Part shown: positions 19,708 to 29,040 of the stretch, piece after piece
Layout: every line of letters starts with the position of its first letter
Numbering within the stretch: the first letter of the stretch is position 1
IMG/VR virus record: IMGVR_UViG_3300031730_000003
Location: 3,108 to 67,107 of that record
Origin: a virus
Reading direction: 5' to 3' (one strand)
DNA: 64,000 nt
Notes under the pieces: model-generated
What the model saw: the letters and a program-made list of their open reading frames with translations, nothing else
Told to the model about the DNA's origin: nothing
Database searches by the model: none
Translations under genes and position numbers: made by a program

Positions 19708-20619
19708 TCAGCGATACGTCGCGCCGTCGCCGCCGCCGAACAGGCCGGTGGGGCGTCCGTCGCGCTTGGCCGCAATGATCTCGGCCTGGTCCTTGAGGTA
19801 GGCGTCGTACTTCATGCCGTTCCAGTCGGCCGCCGTTTTGAGGTCGCTGACCTCCACGCCGAGCGCGCGGGCGATGTCGGACTCGGTCAGTTGCGTGGTG
19901 CGTGCGCCGCCGCCGTCGCCGCCGCGGGCGGGCGAAGCTGCCGTCGAGGATGCGGGGCGGCGGGTCTGGGTCACTGCGGGCCTCGGGGTGCTGGTTGTGT
20001 CGGGGAACTCCCGTGCAAGGCGGCTTTCGACGAAGGCGAAGTATTCGGGCGTGTCCACCGATTTGCCCTGCGCGACCCACCGGTGGTGAGCCGCGAGCGC
20101 CTCGGTGTGGTACTCCTGGTCGGTGTTGAAGCGCGGGTGCGCGTCGATCCACTGCTTTGCCGCCGGGGTGATCTGGGGACCGTCGTTCTCGCGCTGGGGC
20201 TGCTTGGCCGCCGTCTCGCGCTGACCCTTCAGCCAGTCGCGCTCGCGCTCCGCCAGCTTCTTGTCGGCCAGGGCGTCCTGCAGCGCCGCGTCGGCGGTGT
20301 CCTCGGCGTCTGGATCGCCGGCGTCCCGGGCGGCGCGGCGCGCGGCGCGGGCCTCGTTCACCCGGGACTCGTAGCCGCCGATCTTGGCCTCGATCGCCTG
20401 CTCGTGGGCGCTGGCGACGCTCGTGCGTGCCGTGCTCTCGGCCTCGGCGGCGCGTTTCTCGGCGGCGAGGCGGCCGGCGCGCTCCTGGTCGACCTGCCGG
20501 CGGGCGTCCTCGACGGCCTGTGTCGGGTCCGGCCGCTCGCCATCCTGGGTCTCCTCGCCGTTCAGCGAGCCGGAAATGACCGCGTCGTCCGGGAGGACGT
20601 TGGTGTCGGACTCAGCCAT
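19708..20619 (-). CDS. Scaffolding protein
   Basis: Acidic coiled coil, AKQWIDAHPRF...TPEYFAFVESRL...LTE...ARALGV; lies between portal and capsid. Confidence 0.75.
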   Translation of the reverse strand: MAESDTNVLPDDAVISGSLNGEETQDGERPDPTQAVEDARRQVDQERAGRLAAEKRAAEAESTARTSVASAHEQAIEAKIGGYESRVNEARAARRAARDAGDPDAEDTADAALQDALADKKLAERERDWLKGQRETAAKQPQRENDGPQITPAAKQWIDAHPRFNTDQEYHTEALAAHHRWVAQGKSVDTPEYFAFVESRLAREFPDTTSTPRPAVTQTRRPASSTAASPARGGDGGGARTTQLTESDIARALGVEVSDLKTAADWNGMKYDAYLKDQAEIIAAKRDGRPTGLFGGGDGATYR

Positions 20620-20830
20620 GGAGTGCTTCCTCCAGCAGCGTCTTGGTGACGCGGGAAATGTGGTCGCGATCGAGGACGGCGGGGTCGATGGCGGCGAGCG
20701 CGGCGCGGGCCGCGGCGGCGAGCGATGGGTCGGTGCCGATCTCCGCCTTGAGCGCGGTGCGCGCGGCGCGCTGCGGGCTGCTGCTCATCGCCTCGGGCAT
20801 GCAGGCGCGCAGGTGTGTGGCGAGGTCCAT
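20612..20830 (-). CDS. Hypothetical protein
   Basis: 72 aa, coupled to both neighbours. Confidence 0.55.
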   Translation of the reverse strand: MDLATHLRACMPEAMSSSPQRAARTALKAEIGTDPSLAAAARAALAAIDPAVLDRDHISRVTKTLLEEALHG

Positions 20831-20831
20831 G

Positions 20832-21326
20832 TCAGACCAGCATCAGCGGATCGTCGACACGCCCATAGAGGTCCGCCGCGTAGACCAACCGGCAGGGCCA
20901 GCCCTTGTCACGGATGGCCGGGAAGTCCTTGGCGATGGCCGGGCTGGTCTTGGCGCCTTCGCCCTTCACGTTCAGATCGAATGCCTGGCTGGCGCTATGG
21001 AATACCCAATCGCCGACGCGCGGGGGGCGGGCGCCCCATGGATTCGGCAAGTGCTTCATGTCGTGGTCGCGCTCCATGACGGAGGTCGCGGTCGGCCCCA
21101 TCTTGAGGATCAGCACCACCTTGCCCTGGTAGAGGTCTTCCTTCTGCAGGCCCGGCATGATGATGCCCCCCTGCGTCGTCTCCCCTCGGAGGTAGATGCC
21201 GACCAGGATCTGCTGGCCGAAAACCTCGATGCCGGAGAGGTCACCCACTGACCGGCGGATTTCGGCGCCGATGTCGACCGTGGGTTTCATGTCGTGAAGC
21301 ATACCCGTCGTTGCGACCGAGCTCAT
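20832..21326 (-). CDS. GroES-like co-chaperonin
   Basis: VFGQQILV....ETTQGGIIMP...GKVVLILKMGPTA...VGDWV. Confidence 0.75.
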   Translation of the reverse strand: MSSVATTGMLHDMKPTVDIGAEIRRSVGDLSGIEVFGQQILVGIYLRGETTQGGIIMPGLQKEDLYQGKVVLILKMGPTATSVMERDHDMKHLPNPWGARPPRVGDWVFHSASQAFDLNVKGEGAKTSPAIAKDFPAIRDKGWPCRLVYAADLYGRVDDPLMLV

Positions 21327-21330
21327 GCTT

Positions 21331-21519
21331 TTACCTTTGCGAGTTCAATGCCTTAACCAGTTCGTCGAGCACGGTGCGTGCCTCGTCGATGCCTCTGACC
21401 TTCCCTTGCGTCTCGCGGAATTCATTCCCGTCGGATTGCAGGAGGAGGCTTTCCATGTGCCTGTGGCGTGCTTCCTGCAGCTTCTCCCTGAGACGTTCAA
21501 CCAGTTCGTGTGGGTTCAC
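21331..21519 (-). CDS. Small conserved head-module protein
   Basis: 62 aa, helical; FRETQGKVRGIDEA. Confidence 0.7.
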   Translation of the reverse strand: MNPHELVERLREKLQEARHRHMESLLLQSDGNEFRETQGKVRGIDEARTVLDELVKALNSQR

Positions 21520-22454
21520 GGCTGCCCGAGCCGCGCCTTGTCGAGCCGGCCCTGCGCGGAGCCGGCGCCGGCCGTCATGTGTGGGATGGTACCCCCGCGC
21601 TTCATGGGCGGCGCGCCGGGCGGCCGGCCCATCATCGGGGGCGGTCCACCGGGCCCGGCACCCGGCGGCATGGGCGGAGGTCCACCGGCGCCTGGGGGCG
21701 GCATCGGCGGCCCGCCGGCGCCGGGCGGCGGGGCCCCGGGGGGACCACCAGCACCAGCGATCTTCTTCGCCACGGCCGCAGCGCCCAGCTTCGCACCGGC
21801 AGCTAGGCCCTGCTGCTGGCCGAGTTGCTTTGCCTGCTCCTGCCCGCCGGCATTGACCAGGATGTTGACCTTGGGGGCGCGCTTCACCTTGCCGCCGCGC
21901 TTGAAGCCTTCGTAGTTCGCGCGCGCGTGCGCGATATCATCACCCTCGACGAACTTCCCAGGCTTCGCCCCTCGGTCCGCTGCTCTGGCGCGGTTGAATT
22001 CCTCTTTCTGCGCGGGCGTCAGATCATTGAAAGACCTTGATGCTATGGCAGCCAGCGCGCTCTGATATCGCTGACGCGCCGCTGGTCCTTGATCCGATTT
22101 CTCCCATGCGTCGTCCAGGTCGTCGTTCCCGGTCCGGCCGCCGCTGGCCCTGAACTGAGCCCCGTCATTCTTGCTGACCGCTGCCTTGGTCGCTCCGGTG
22201 ATGTCCCTGTTCTGCGAGGCGTCGCCGCGCGGGCGCTTGTCCAGCCGGGCGGTCGCCTTGCTGCCGGCCACGGCGCCGCCGGACTTCAGCTTCGGCTTGT
22301 CCTCCTTGTCCTCGGCCTTCTTGATCATGGACGAGATCAGCTTCTTGTCCTGGGCCTCATCATCATGGACCGCGCCGCCGCGCTTGTAGCCGCAGCGGTT
22401 GAGCATGGCATCGGCCCGCCCGGTCTGCGCACGTCGAATGGAAGCTACGCCCAT
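21516..22454 (-). CDS. Pro/Gly-rich xxGG-repeat protein
   Basis: ATG 22454 with GAGGTGG RBS; KRGGAVHDDEAQDKKLI; poly-Pro C-terminal region ending GAGSAQGRLDK. Confidence 0.75.
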   Translation of the reverse strand: MGVASIRRAQTGRADAMLNRCGYKRGGAVHDDEAQDKKLISSMIKKAEDKEDKPKLKSGGAVAGSKATARLDKRPRGDASQNRDITGATKAAVSKNDGAQFRASGGRTGNDDLDDAWEKSDQGPAARQRYQSALAAIASRSFNDLTPAQKEEFNRARAADRGAKPGKFVEGDDIAHARANYEGFKRGGKVKRAPKVNILVNAGGQEQAKQLGQQQGLAAGAKLGAAAVAKKIAGAGGPPGAPPPGAGGPPMPPPGAGGPPPMPPGAGPGGPPPMMGRPPGAPPMKRGGTIPHMTAGAGSAQGRLDKARLGQP

Positions 22455-22572
22455 GGTCCACCTCGCCGGGTCAAGCCCTGAAGCCCGCATATAGGCACCG
22501 AACGGCCACGCTCCGCAACAGGTTGGGTATTGCGCCGGCGGGGCGACCGTGGCTATGGTCGGTTTGAACGCA

Positions 22573-22598
22573 GAAAGGCCCCCCGAAGGGAGCCTTTC
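22573..22598 (-). terminator. Rho-independent terminator-like hairpin
   Basis: GAAAGGCTCCC-TTCG-GGGGGCCTTTC, followed by TGCGTT on the minus strand. Confidence 0.65.
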
Positions 22599-22734
22599 GC
22601 GGACTGACGAGGTTGGAAGCCTCTGAAAGTCCGTGGCCACCTGTCGTTGGGGAAGGTGGCCGCCGGTAGAGAGCATATGCTCGCGCCTTCATGCATTCAA
22701 TCCCTGGCGTCACTCCTCTCATGGAGTTGCCCGG

Positions 22735-23256
22735 ATGGCTAAAAAGACCCTGCAAGACCTACAGAAACAGATCGAGAAACTGGAGGGCCGCCAGGAAACT
22801 GAGTGGAACTCCAACCGCGCCAGCATGATCCGCTATCTCAAGGTGAACATGATGCGGACCGCCGGCGTCACCGACTCCACTACGGTACGCTGGACCGGAG
22901 CGCCCAAGAAGGAGAAGGCGCCGAAGGTCAAAGCCGCTGCCGCGCCCAAGCCTGCCAGCGGCCTGAAGGACGCCATCGCGGAGTTCTACGATTCCTGGGA
23001 CTGGAAGACGCTCCGCTACGTCGTGCTCAAGGAGCGCGGGCGGAAGTGCGAATGCTGCAACCTCTCAGCCGACGACGGTGCCGTGATGAACGTCGATCAC
23101 GTCAAGCCGATCCGGCTGCACTGGGACCTTCGGCTGGTGAAATCCAACCTTCAGGTGTTGTGCAAGGACTGCAATATGGGGAAGGGTAGCTGGGATCAGA
23201 CAGATTGGCGGCAAGGCACTGAGTTCCCCATGCAGCAGGACGGGCGATCGACATGA
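22735..23256 (+). CDS. HNH endonuclease, opposite strand to the structural operon
   Basis: GGAG RBS; FYDSWDWKTLRY.VL...CECC...VDHVKP...NLQVLCKDCNMGK. Confidence 0.9.
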   Translation: MAKKTLQDLQKQIEKLEGRQETEWNSNRASMIRYLKVNMMRTAGVTDSTTVRWTGAPKKEKAPKVKAAAAPKPASGLKDAIAEFYDSWDWKTLRYVVLKERGRKCECCNLSADDGAVMNVDHVKPIRLHWDLRLVKSNLQVLCKDCNMGKGSWDQTDWRQGTEFPMQQDGRST

Positions 23257-23456
23257 ACGGCACCCACTTCCCCTACCACATGGACGGCCTGGAATTCGCG
23301 TGGCTGATGCTCCAGGGCCTTGTGATCGGCTGCTTCTGGACGTCGATGGTCGTCGTGGTGCCGGCGGCGGTGCTGGCGTTCAGCGAGTGGGCGCGTTCAG
23401 CTTGGCTTCGCTGGCGCGGGCGGGTTCATGGCGGCGATGCGGTCCGTCTCCGCTGA
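23253..23456 (+). CDS. Small membrane protein
   Basis: ATGA-coupled to the HNH gene; hydrophobic stretch; 3' end overlaps the portal 3' end. Confidence 0.45.
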   Translation: MNGTHFPYHMDGLEFAWLMLQGLVIGCFWTSMVVVVPAAVLAFSEWARSAWLRWRGRVHGGDAVRLR

Positions 23457-25763
23457 GTGCCGGTCGACCGAGTGCCTGTGGAACTGGTCGTGCGCGGCCA
23501 GGCCGGTGGTGACGACTCGGTTCGCGTGCTCCAGGGTCTGCTCCGCAGCGTCGTGCGCTGCAACGCGCTGGGCCCGGATTTCCTCGATGTAGAGCCGCCA
23601 GGCCTCGATCTGCTCCTGGATCGTGGCGATGCGCTCGCGGCTGGCGTTTTCGGCCTTCTTGGCCTCCATGTTCATCTGGATTTCGAGCATGCGCAGCTGC
23701 ATTTCGGCGCTGGCCTGGGCGGCTTTGCGCTGGCTCTCGGCTTCCTTCTGCTGGATCGCTGCCATCTTGGCGGGATCCGGCTGCGGACCCTGCTGCGGCG
23801 GCGCGAACGAGCTCTGGTCGAAGCCGATGCCGATGATGCGCATCACCTTGGACGCGACCCACTTCGGGCTCAGCACGCCGGGCTGCGAGGACGCCATCTG
23901 AAGCAGCCCCACGGCCTGCATGATGCGGTGCACGTGGCTGGGCACGTTCGGGTCGCTGGCGGGCACCAGGGTCTTCGAGGCGAGTTCCTCCGCCTGCTCC
24001 CACTTGCGCGCCGGGTTCTTGGCGAAGCGGCTCAGCGCGCTCGGGTCCTCGATAAACAGTTCGTGAAGTAGCAGGAATTCCTCGGCCTGGGAGGCGTGCA
24101 GGCCTTTGTGCACGGCGCTCATGACCTGCTTTGCCTGCTCGATGCCGACCAGCGCCGAGCCGACGGGGATGTCAGCGCGTCCTTCGCCAATGGGCACGTC
24201 GGCCTCGCCGACCATTTTCTGGGACTTGTCCGCCAGCAGTTCCATGATCTGGACCAGCACTGCCGACGGGTCCTTGTAGGGCAGCGGCAGCACGGCATCG
24301 CCGATCGGCTTGCCCAAGGTGTCGATTTCCTGGCCCTGGCCGGGATTGACCACCATGTCGGTGTTGACCTGCCGAGCCATGCCCTTGGCGATCAGGAAGC
24401 CCGGGAAGGACGCGAACATGCCGGCGTCGAGCAACATCTGCAGGCAGGCGGTCAGGGCGCGCTGGGCATTCCCCAGGATGTGCAGGTAGCCGTAGTAATA
24501 GAATCCCATGCCGGGCACGAGGCCGTACATGACGTAGCGCTGCCGCGGCGCCATGAGTTCGTCGTCCTCGCGCCAGTTGCGCCTGATTTCGAGGACCTTG
24601 CGGCTGGTCTTGTCGATGGTGATGCGATACGGCAGCGGCAGCGCGGTGCGGTCCCAGCGGTCGGGCGCCTCGGCGTCGCCGCCGTCCCAATCTTCGCTTT
24701 CCTCCTCGTGCTCGAAGCCGACCAGGTCGAGTTCGGTGTAGCATTCGTAGATGGTGTGCGGGATGTCGCGCGGCTCCTGCGAGGTGCCGTCGATGCCCTC
24801 GGCCGCGTCGATGGTCTGCTTGGCGTCGTTGAATTCCTGCACCGGCTGGGTGAGGTCGACGTTGCGCCAGTGACCGGAGACCTGCAGTCGCTTGACCACG
24901 GGCTGCCGCATTTCGATGCGCTCGGTGATGCGGCCGGCGTCCGACATGGCGGTGCTGTCGGGGCTGATGATGAGGTTGAGGCCCTTCACCCATTGGCTGA
25001 CCGGCCGTTTCTTGATCGGGCAGTGGAAGACCTTGCGGAACTCGGTGCCGGTCGGGCCCAGACTGAACAGCATGCGGCTGTAGTCCTGGTAGTAGGAGCG
25101 ATCCACCACCGTGAGGTAGTGGTTCATGTCCTTCTCCAGCGCCTCGGCGATCTCGCTGCGGCCGACGACCGGCGGGGCTGGATCGTCCCCTTCGATGAGC
25201 TCGGGACCGCCATTGTGGCCCGCGCCCGGGGCGCCGGCGGCCGAGTCTGGCGTGATCTGCACCGGCGCCGGCTCGTCATCGCGCACCTTGACGGGGCCAG
25301 CCGCGGGCAGCAGTTCCGGCAGCGCCTTGGACCAGAAGCCGATGGCGGCGTCCATGATCAGCGGGTAGCCGACATTGGCCACCCGGCCGGCGGAACCGAC
25401 CTTGGGGCTGGCGTCCTCCAGCTTGACGCCCATAAGTTCGACGACCTTGGCGACGTTGCTTTCCCAGACCGCGCGGGAGGCGATATCCATCTCGATGCCC
25501 TGCAGCAGCCTGGCTGAGATACCGGAAAGGTCGGTCTCGTCCATGTGTTCGGCGAGATTGTCGTCGAAGCTGCCGCGCAGGTGGTTGGGCAGCGCCGGGT
25601 CAGGCACGTCGCGCGGCTTGCTGACGGAGGCCTCGCCTTCCGGGCTGATCGAAATGACACGTTCGGCCTCGCGTTGCGCCTGGATCGGCAAGCGCTCCCC
25701 GACGGTGTTCGGGTCTTCCCGGAGACCGGTGGGGAACGGGATCGCTGCGAGGCCGCCTGACAT
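23397..25763 (-). CDS. Portal protein (P22-like, with C-terminal helical barrel)
   Basis: 788 aa downstream of TerL. FDDNLAEHMD...ELLPAAGPVK...DMNHYLT...PLPYRITID....VLEIRRNW...PGMGFY.YG..H..GN...LPLPYKDPS. Confidence 0.9.
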   Translation of the reverse strand: MSGGLAAIPFPTGLREDPNTVGERLPIQAQREAERVISISPEGEASVSKPRDVPDPALPNHLRGSFDDNLAEHMDETDLSGISARLLQGIEMDIASRAVWESNVAKVVELMGVKLEDASPKVGSAGRVANVGYPLIMDAAIGFWSKALPELLPAAGPVKVRDDEPAPVQITPDSAAGAPGAGHNGGPELIEGDDPAPPVVGRSEIAEALEKDMNHYLTVVDRSYYQDYSRMLFSLGPTGTEFRKVFHCPIKKRPVSQWVKGLNLIISPDSTAMSDAGRITERIEMRQPVVKRLQVSGHWRNVDLTQPVQEFNDAKQTIDAAEGIDGTSQEPRDIPHTIYECYTELDLVGFEHEEESEDWDGGDAEAPDRWDRTALPLPYRITIDKTSRKVLEIRRNWREDDELMAPRQRYVMYGLVPGMGFYYYGYLHILGNAQRALTACLQMLLDAGMFASFPGFLIAKGMARQVNTDMVVNPGQGQEIDTLGKPIGDAVLPLPYKDPSAVLVQIMELLADKSQKMVGEADVPIGEGRADIPVGSALVGIEQAKQVMSAVHKGLHASQAEEFLLLHELFIEDPSALSRFAKNPARKWEQAEELASKTLVPASDPNVPSHVHRIMQAVGLLQMASSQPGVLSPKWVASKVMRIIGIGFDQSSFAPPQQGPQPDPAKMAAIQQKEAESQRKAAQASAEMQLRMLEIQMNMEAKKAENASRERIATIQEQIEAWRLYIEEIRAQRVAAHDAAEQTLEHANRVVTTGLAAHDQFHRHSVDRHSAETDRIAAMNPPAPAKPS

Positions 25764-25972
25764 TATCTGACCCTCCTGAACGAGGCGGCTAGATGTTTCT
25801 CTGCTGCCATTTCTTCGGGGCTTCCTGGTTCAAAGGTGCCCATGCGAATGATGACAGGGGACTCGTCGGGCGCCACTGCCATCCGATGCTTCTGATTCCG
25901 CTCAACCTCGAAAATGACGTCGTGGAGAGGAGCCGGAGAGAGAGGGCGCCGACCTTTAGAATAACGCTCCAT
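25763..25972 (-). CDS. Hypothetical protein
   Basis: TGATG coupling to the upstream gene; 69 aa. Confidence 0.5.
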   Translation of the reverse strand: MERYSKGRRPLSPAPLHDVIFEVERNQKHRMAVAPDESPVIIRMGTFEPGSPEEMAAEKHLAASFRRVR

Positions 25973-26214
25973 CAGGTTGCCCTTTCCAGAACGCCGCCCG
26001 GAGCCAGCTTGGTCGGCAGGTATTCGTCCAGCCATTGCCGCCAGGCTGCTTTGGATGTCTCTGTCGGCGCATTGTCGGCATTGCCGATCACCACGATCAG
26101 GTCGAACCTATGCCCCATGCACGCGCCAAAGATTGGCATCACGTGGGCTGGCGCGAACAGTTTGCGCGCCATGGGGAACACCAAAGGGTCGACAACGATG
26201 CAAACCTCTGCCAT
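25972..26214 (-). CDS. Hypothetical protein
   Basis: 80 aa, coupled to neighbours. Confidence 0.55.
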   Translation of the reverse strand: MAEVCIVVDPLVFPMARKLFAPAHVMPIFGACMGHRFDLIVVIGNADNAPTETSKAAWRQWLDEYLPTKLAPGGVLERAT

Positions 26215-26558
26215 CAGGTTTCGCCTTCAACGTCGATGAGTTGCGGCTCGCCGCGGGAATCTCTGTCCTGGGGCTGCAGCAGCTGGCCACGGGTGATCTT
26301 CGAGACGTCGAAGCTGACCGGCGCCGGCTCGGGGGCGCGACCCAGCACGTGCTCGCCACACCAGTAGTCGTTTGGGACCTGGACGGGGAAGGTGTTGATC
26401 AGCGGCGTAGGTGGCCGGCCGGCGAGCGTCGGTGGGGCCAGGCCGGTCATGATCGGCACCGGCGGAAAGCGCCGGCACATGCCGCCCCCTTCGGCGATGC
26501 GCACGAAGAAGCGGCAGGAGGCGCACTCGGGAGCGGCGGCGGGCTCGATGTCGGCCAT
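26214..26558 (-). CDS. Cys-rich (metal-binding) phage protein
   Basis: CASCRFF...GMCRRFPP...FP....DYWCGEH. Confidence 0.7.
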   Translation of the reverse strand: MADIEPAAAPECASCRFFVRIAEGGGMCRRFPPVPIMTGLAPPTLAGRPPTPLINTFPVQVPNDYWCGEHVLGRAPEPAPVSFDVSKITRGQLLQPQDRDSRGEPQLIDVEGET

Positions 26559-26580
26559 GCTCTGGTTTTTCCTTTGTGGC

Positions 26581-27327
26581 TCAGAACGACGAAAGCGGCG
26601 TTCGGGCCCAATTATTCGGGCCGGTGCACACGTAGAAATAGTTCACATCCCACGTGATGTCGCCGGCAGATCCAGGAGACGTCGATGTCGCGGGCGGCAC
26701 TGCGGATATGTTGAATTGCACCAGGCTTGAGACGCGATCGACCTCGACTGCGAACTGAGCCGCCCCGCCGATCAGCATGGCCAGTTTGTTGAGAGCGCGG
26801 TCGTAAGTCAGAAAGTCGGTCGCATCGAAAGCGATGATAGGATCGCCGGCAGAAATAACGATGTAAAAATTGTCATCTATCTCAAACTCCGGGGCCACCA
26901 CGCGGTCACGGGTAGCAATCGGCACACCGATGACGTTGGTCCCGTCGCAGTAGGTCCAGTACCAGAACCCGTCCGCCGGCAGCGTGATCGTGGTGCCAGC
27001 GCCAGTGGTCAGTACGACGCTGCTGCTGTCGCTCGTGGCATTGGCGAACAGGCCCAGCTTCGGCACGCTCGGTACCGTCACCGTGCAGGTGCCACCCGGC
27101 GTGCCGGTGAACTTGATGATCTGATTGCGCGCCTGGTCGGCCGCGCCATTGGCCGTGGTCAGGCTCTGCGTCAGGCCCGTCAGCGCCACGCTGGACAGCC
27201 CGGTGATTGCCGCCTCGATCAGCGTCATGTCGGCATTCAGGATGCCGCCCCAGACATTCCGCACCGCCGGATTTCCCGGAACCGGCTCGCCCAGCCGCAG
27301 CGAAGTCGTGTAATTCGTGCCAGACAT
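26581..27327 (-). CDS. Short tail-fibre anchor / adaptor protein
   Basis: N-terminus YTTSLRL..P..G....WGGILN....LIEAAITG...DQARN.II.FTG is a podoviral fibre-attachment type. C-terminal motif G..GDITWD.NYFYVC...NNWAR..L. Confidence 0.7.
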   Translation of the reverse strand: MSGTNYTTSLRLGEPVPGNPAVRNVWGGILNADMTLIEAAITGLSSVALTGLTQSLTTANGAADQARNQIIKFTGTPGGTCTVTVPSVPKLGLFANATSDSSSVVLTTGAGTTITLPADGFWYWTYCDGTNVIGVPIATRDRVVAPEFEIDDNFYIVISAGDPIIAFDATDFLTYDRALNKLAMLIGGAAQFAVEVDRVSSLVQFNISAVPPATSTSPGSAGDITWDVNYFYVCTGPNNWARTPLSSF

Positions 27328-27336
27328 GGCGCTTTC

Positions 27337-28887
27337 CTAGACGTTGTACAGAGGCTTTCTCACGCCACGGTAACGCTTCCGCTCCTGATCTTCAAACTCA
27401 ACCTCCTCGCGGAGCAGGGCCTGCCCGTTGTCGCGCAGGAACCGGATGGCCTGTGAGACCGTGTCGGTCAGGTCGTCGTGGCGCGCTTTCGGGAAGGTCG
27501 ACACCTCCTCGATGACCATGTCCGCGAACTCGCGGTCCGGCGCCCAGATCAGGCCCTCGGCAAAGATCGCATCCGTCGAGCGTAGTCGGCCGACCTTGTC
27601 CCCCTTCGGGATGATGGTCAGCGTCCGCCAGTCCCGCCGGCCGAAGATGCGCACGATCTCACTCGCCACGTGCGCACCGGAGGCCTTGTCCTCGATCAGC
27701 AGGTGGTCGACCTTGTGCTCGCGGCATAGCGCGCCGATCTCCTGCGTCGTCTCGTGCGTCGTCGCCCGGCCCCGCCAGGCGAACTTGAGCATGAAGTTCA
27801 GCCGGTCACCCCGCATGAAGGCGCCCCAGATCGTCATGGCGTTGTAGCTGTTGCGGGCGATGTCGGCTCCCGAGTTGGCGAGGTCGCAGGAGGCAACGAT
27901 GAAGTTGAAGTCGGGGAAGGCCGGCTGGTCCCACAGCCGCCACCACTCGGACTTGATGATGCCGCCGCCGCGGGGGCTCGGGATCTGCTGGAACTGCGAC
28001 GCCACGGCGAATGGACCCATGGTGCGCTCCTCGCGCGCCACGGTGACCTCTGGGAAGCGGGCATCCCAATAGAGCTCGCCATCTTCCGTGCGGGGATCCT
28101 CCCAGCCGATCTCGGTCGTGCAGTGCCGGTCGGGGTCATAGCGCATGGGGATGCAGAGGTGCACCCAGCCATCGGGGTTGGCCAGGATGGCGCCGCTGAT
28201 GTCGTCGCTGTGGACGCGCTGCATGATGACGATGAAGACCGACTTGACCGGATCGTTCACGCGGGTCGGGATGACCTCGTTCCACCACTGCAAGGCGGTC
28301 TCGCGGACCAGTTGAGAGTCGGCGGACTGGATACTGTGCGGATCGTCAATGAGCAGGTAGTCGCCGCGCTCGCCGGTGGCCATGCCGGTGACCGACGATG
28401 CGATGCGCCAGCCCATTGAAAGGGTGTCGAATCTTTCAGAGCTATCGATCTTCGGGTTGACCTGGACGATGTGGCCCCAGAGGCGCTGGTATTCGGCGCT
28501 GCCGATGATGGTGCGGCAGCGGCGCAGGTCGCGAATCGTTAGCGTTTCAGAATATGCGAAGGTCAGGAAGCGGTGGTCCGGCCGCTCTTTCGGGCCCCAG
28601 AGCCACGCCGGGAAGAACACGCTCACGATCAGGCTCTTGGCCGCGCCCGGCGGCACGTTGATGAGCAGGCGCGTGATGCGTCCGTCGACGGTGGCTTCGA
28701 GGTGCTCGCACAGGGCCTCGATGTGCCAGCCTTCGACGAACTCGCGGCCGGGCTCAAGCAGGGACCAGAAGTGGCGGATGAAATCGAGCAGGCTGCGCCT
28801 TTGTGCCTCGCGCAGCAGTTCGTCACGCAGCCCGGTCATGTCCTGGCCAGCGATGGCCTGCGCGAGAACGGCGAGATCGGTGCTCAT
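27337..28887 (-). CDS. terL: Terminase large subunit
   Basis: Walker A LLINVPPGAAKS, Walker B LLIDDPH, coupling motif IMQR; nuclease motifs SCDLA, IEDKASG, HDDLTD. Confidence 0.95.
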   Translation of the reverse strand: MSTDLAVLAQAIAGQDMTGLRDELLREAQRRSLLDFIRHFWSLLEPGREFVEGWHIEALCEHLEATVDGRITRLLINVPPGAAKSLIVSVFFPAWLWGPKERPDHRFLTFAYSETLTIRDLRRCRTIIGSAEYQRLWGHIVQVNPKIDSSERFDTLSMGWRIASSVTGMATGERGDYLLIDDPHSIQSADSQLVRETALQWWNEVIPTRVNDPVKSVFIVIMQRVHSDDISGAILANPDGWVHLCIPMRYDPDRHCTTEIGWEDPRTEDGELYWDARFPEVTVAREERTMGPFAVASQFQQIPSPRGGGIIKSEWWRLWDQPAFPDFNFIVASCDLANSGADIARNSYNAMTIWGAFMRGDRLNFMLKFAWRGRATTHETTQEIGALCREHKVDHLLIEDKASGAHVASEIVRIFGRRDWRTLTIIPKGDKVGRLRSTDAIFAEGLIWAPDREFADMVIEEVSTFPKARHDDLTDTVSQAIRFLRDNGQALLREEVEFEDQERKRYRGVRKPLYNV

Positions 28888-29040
28888 GCTCTATCCTCGC
28901 CCGCCGCGGCTCTGGACTTCAAGGTCCCCTCGGCCCCGCGAACGAATCGCAGCCGGGCCTTGGGGCGGTAGCGGTTTGTCCTGGCTCTCGCGCAAAGATG
29001 CCGATTCGATGTGCCAAGGCCATGGGGCCGCTGCCGGTGG

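Noticed and set aside
97-28419. Many long plus-strand ORFs (e.g. 1165-2559, 13397-15184, 15532-17217, 24096-25517)
   Set aside because: Antisense shadows of real minus-strand genes in GC-rich DNA, with no RBS or recognisable motifs.
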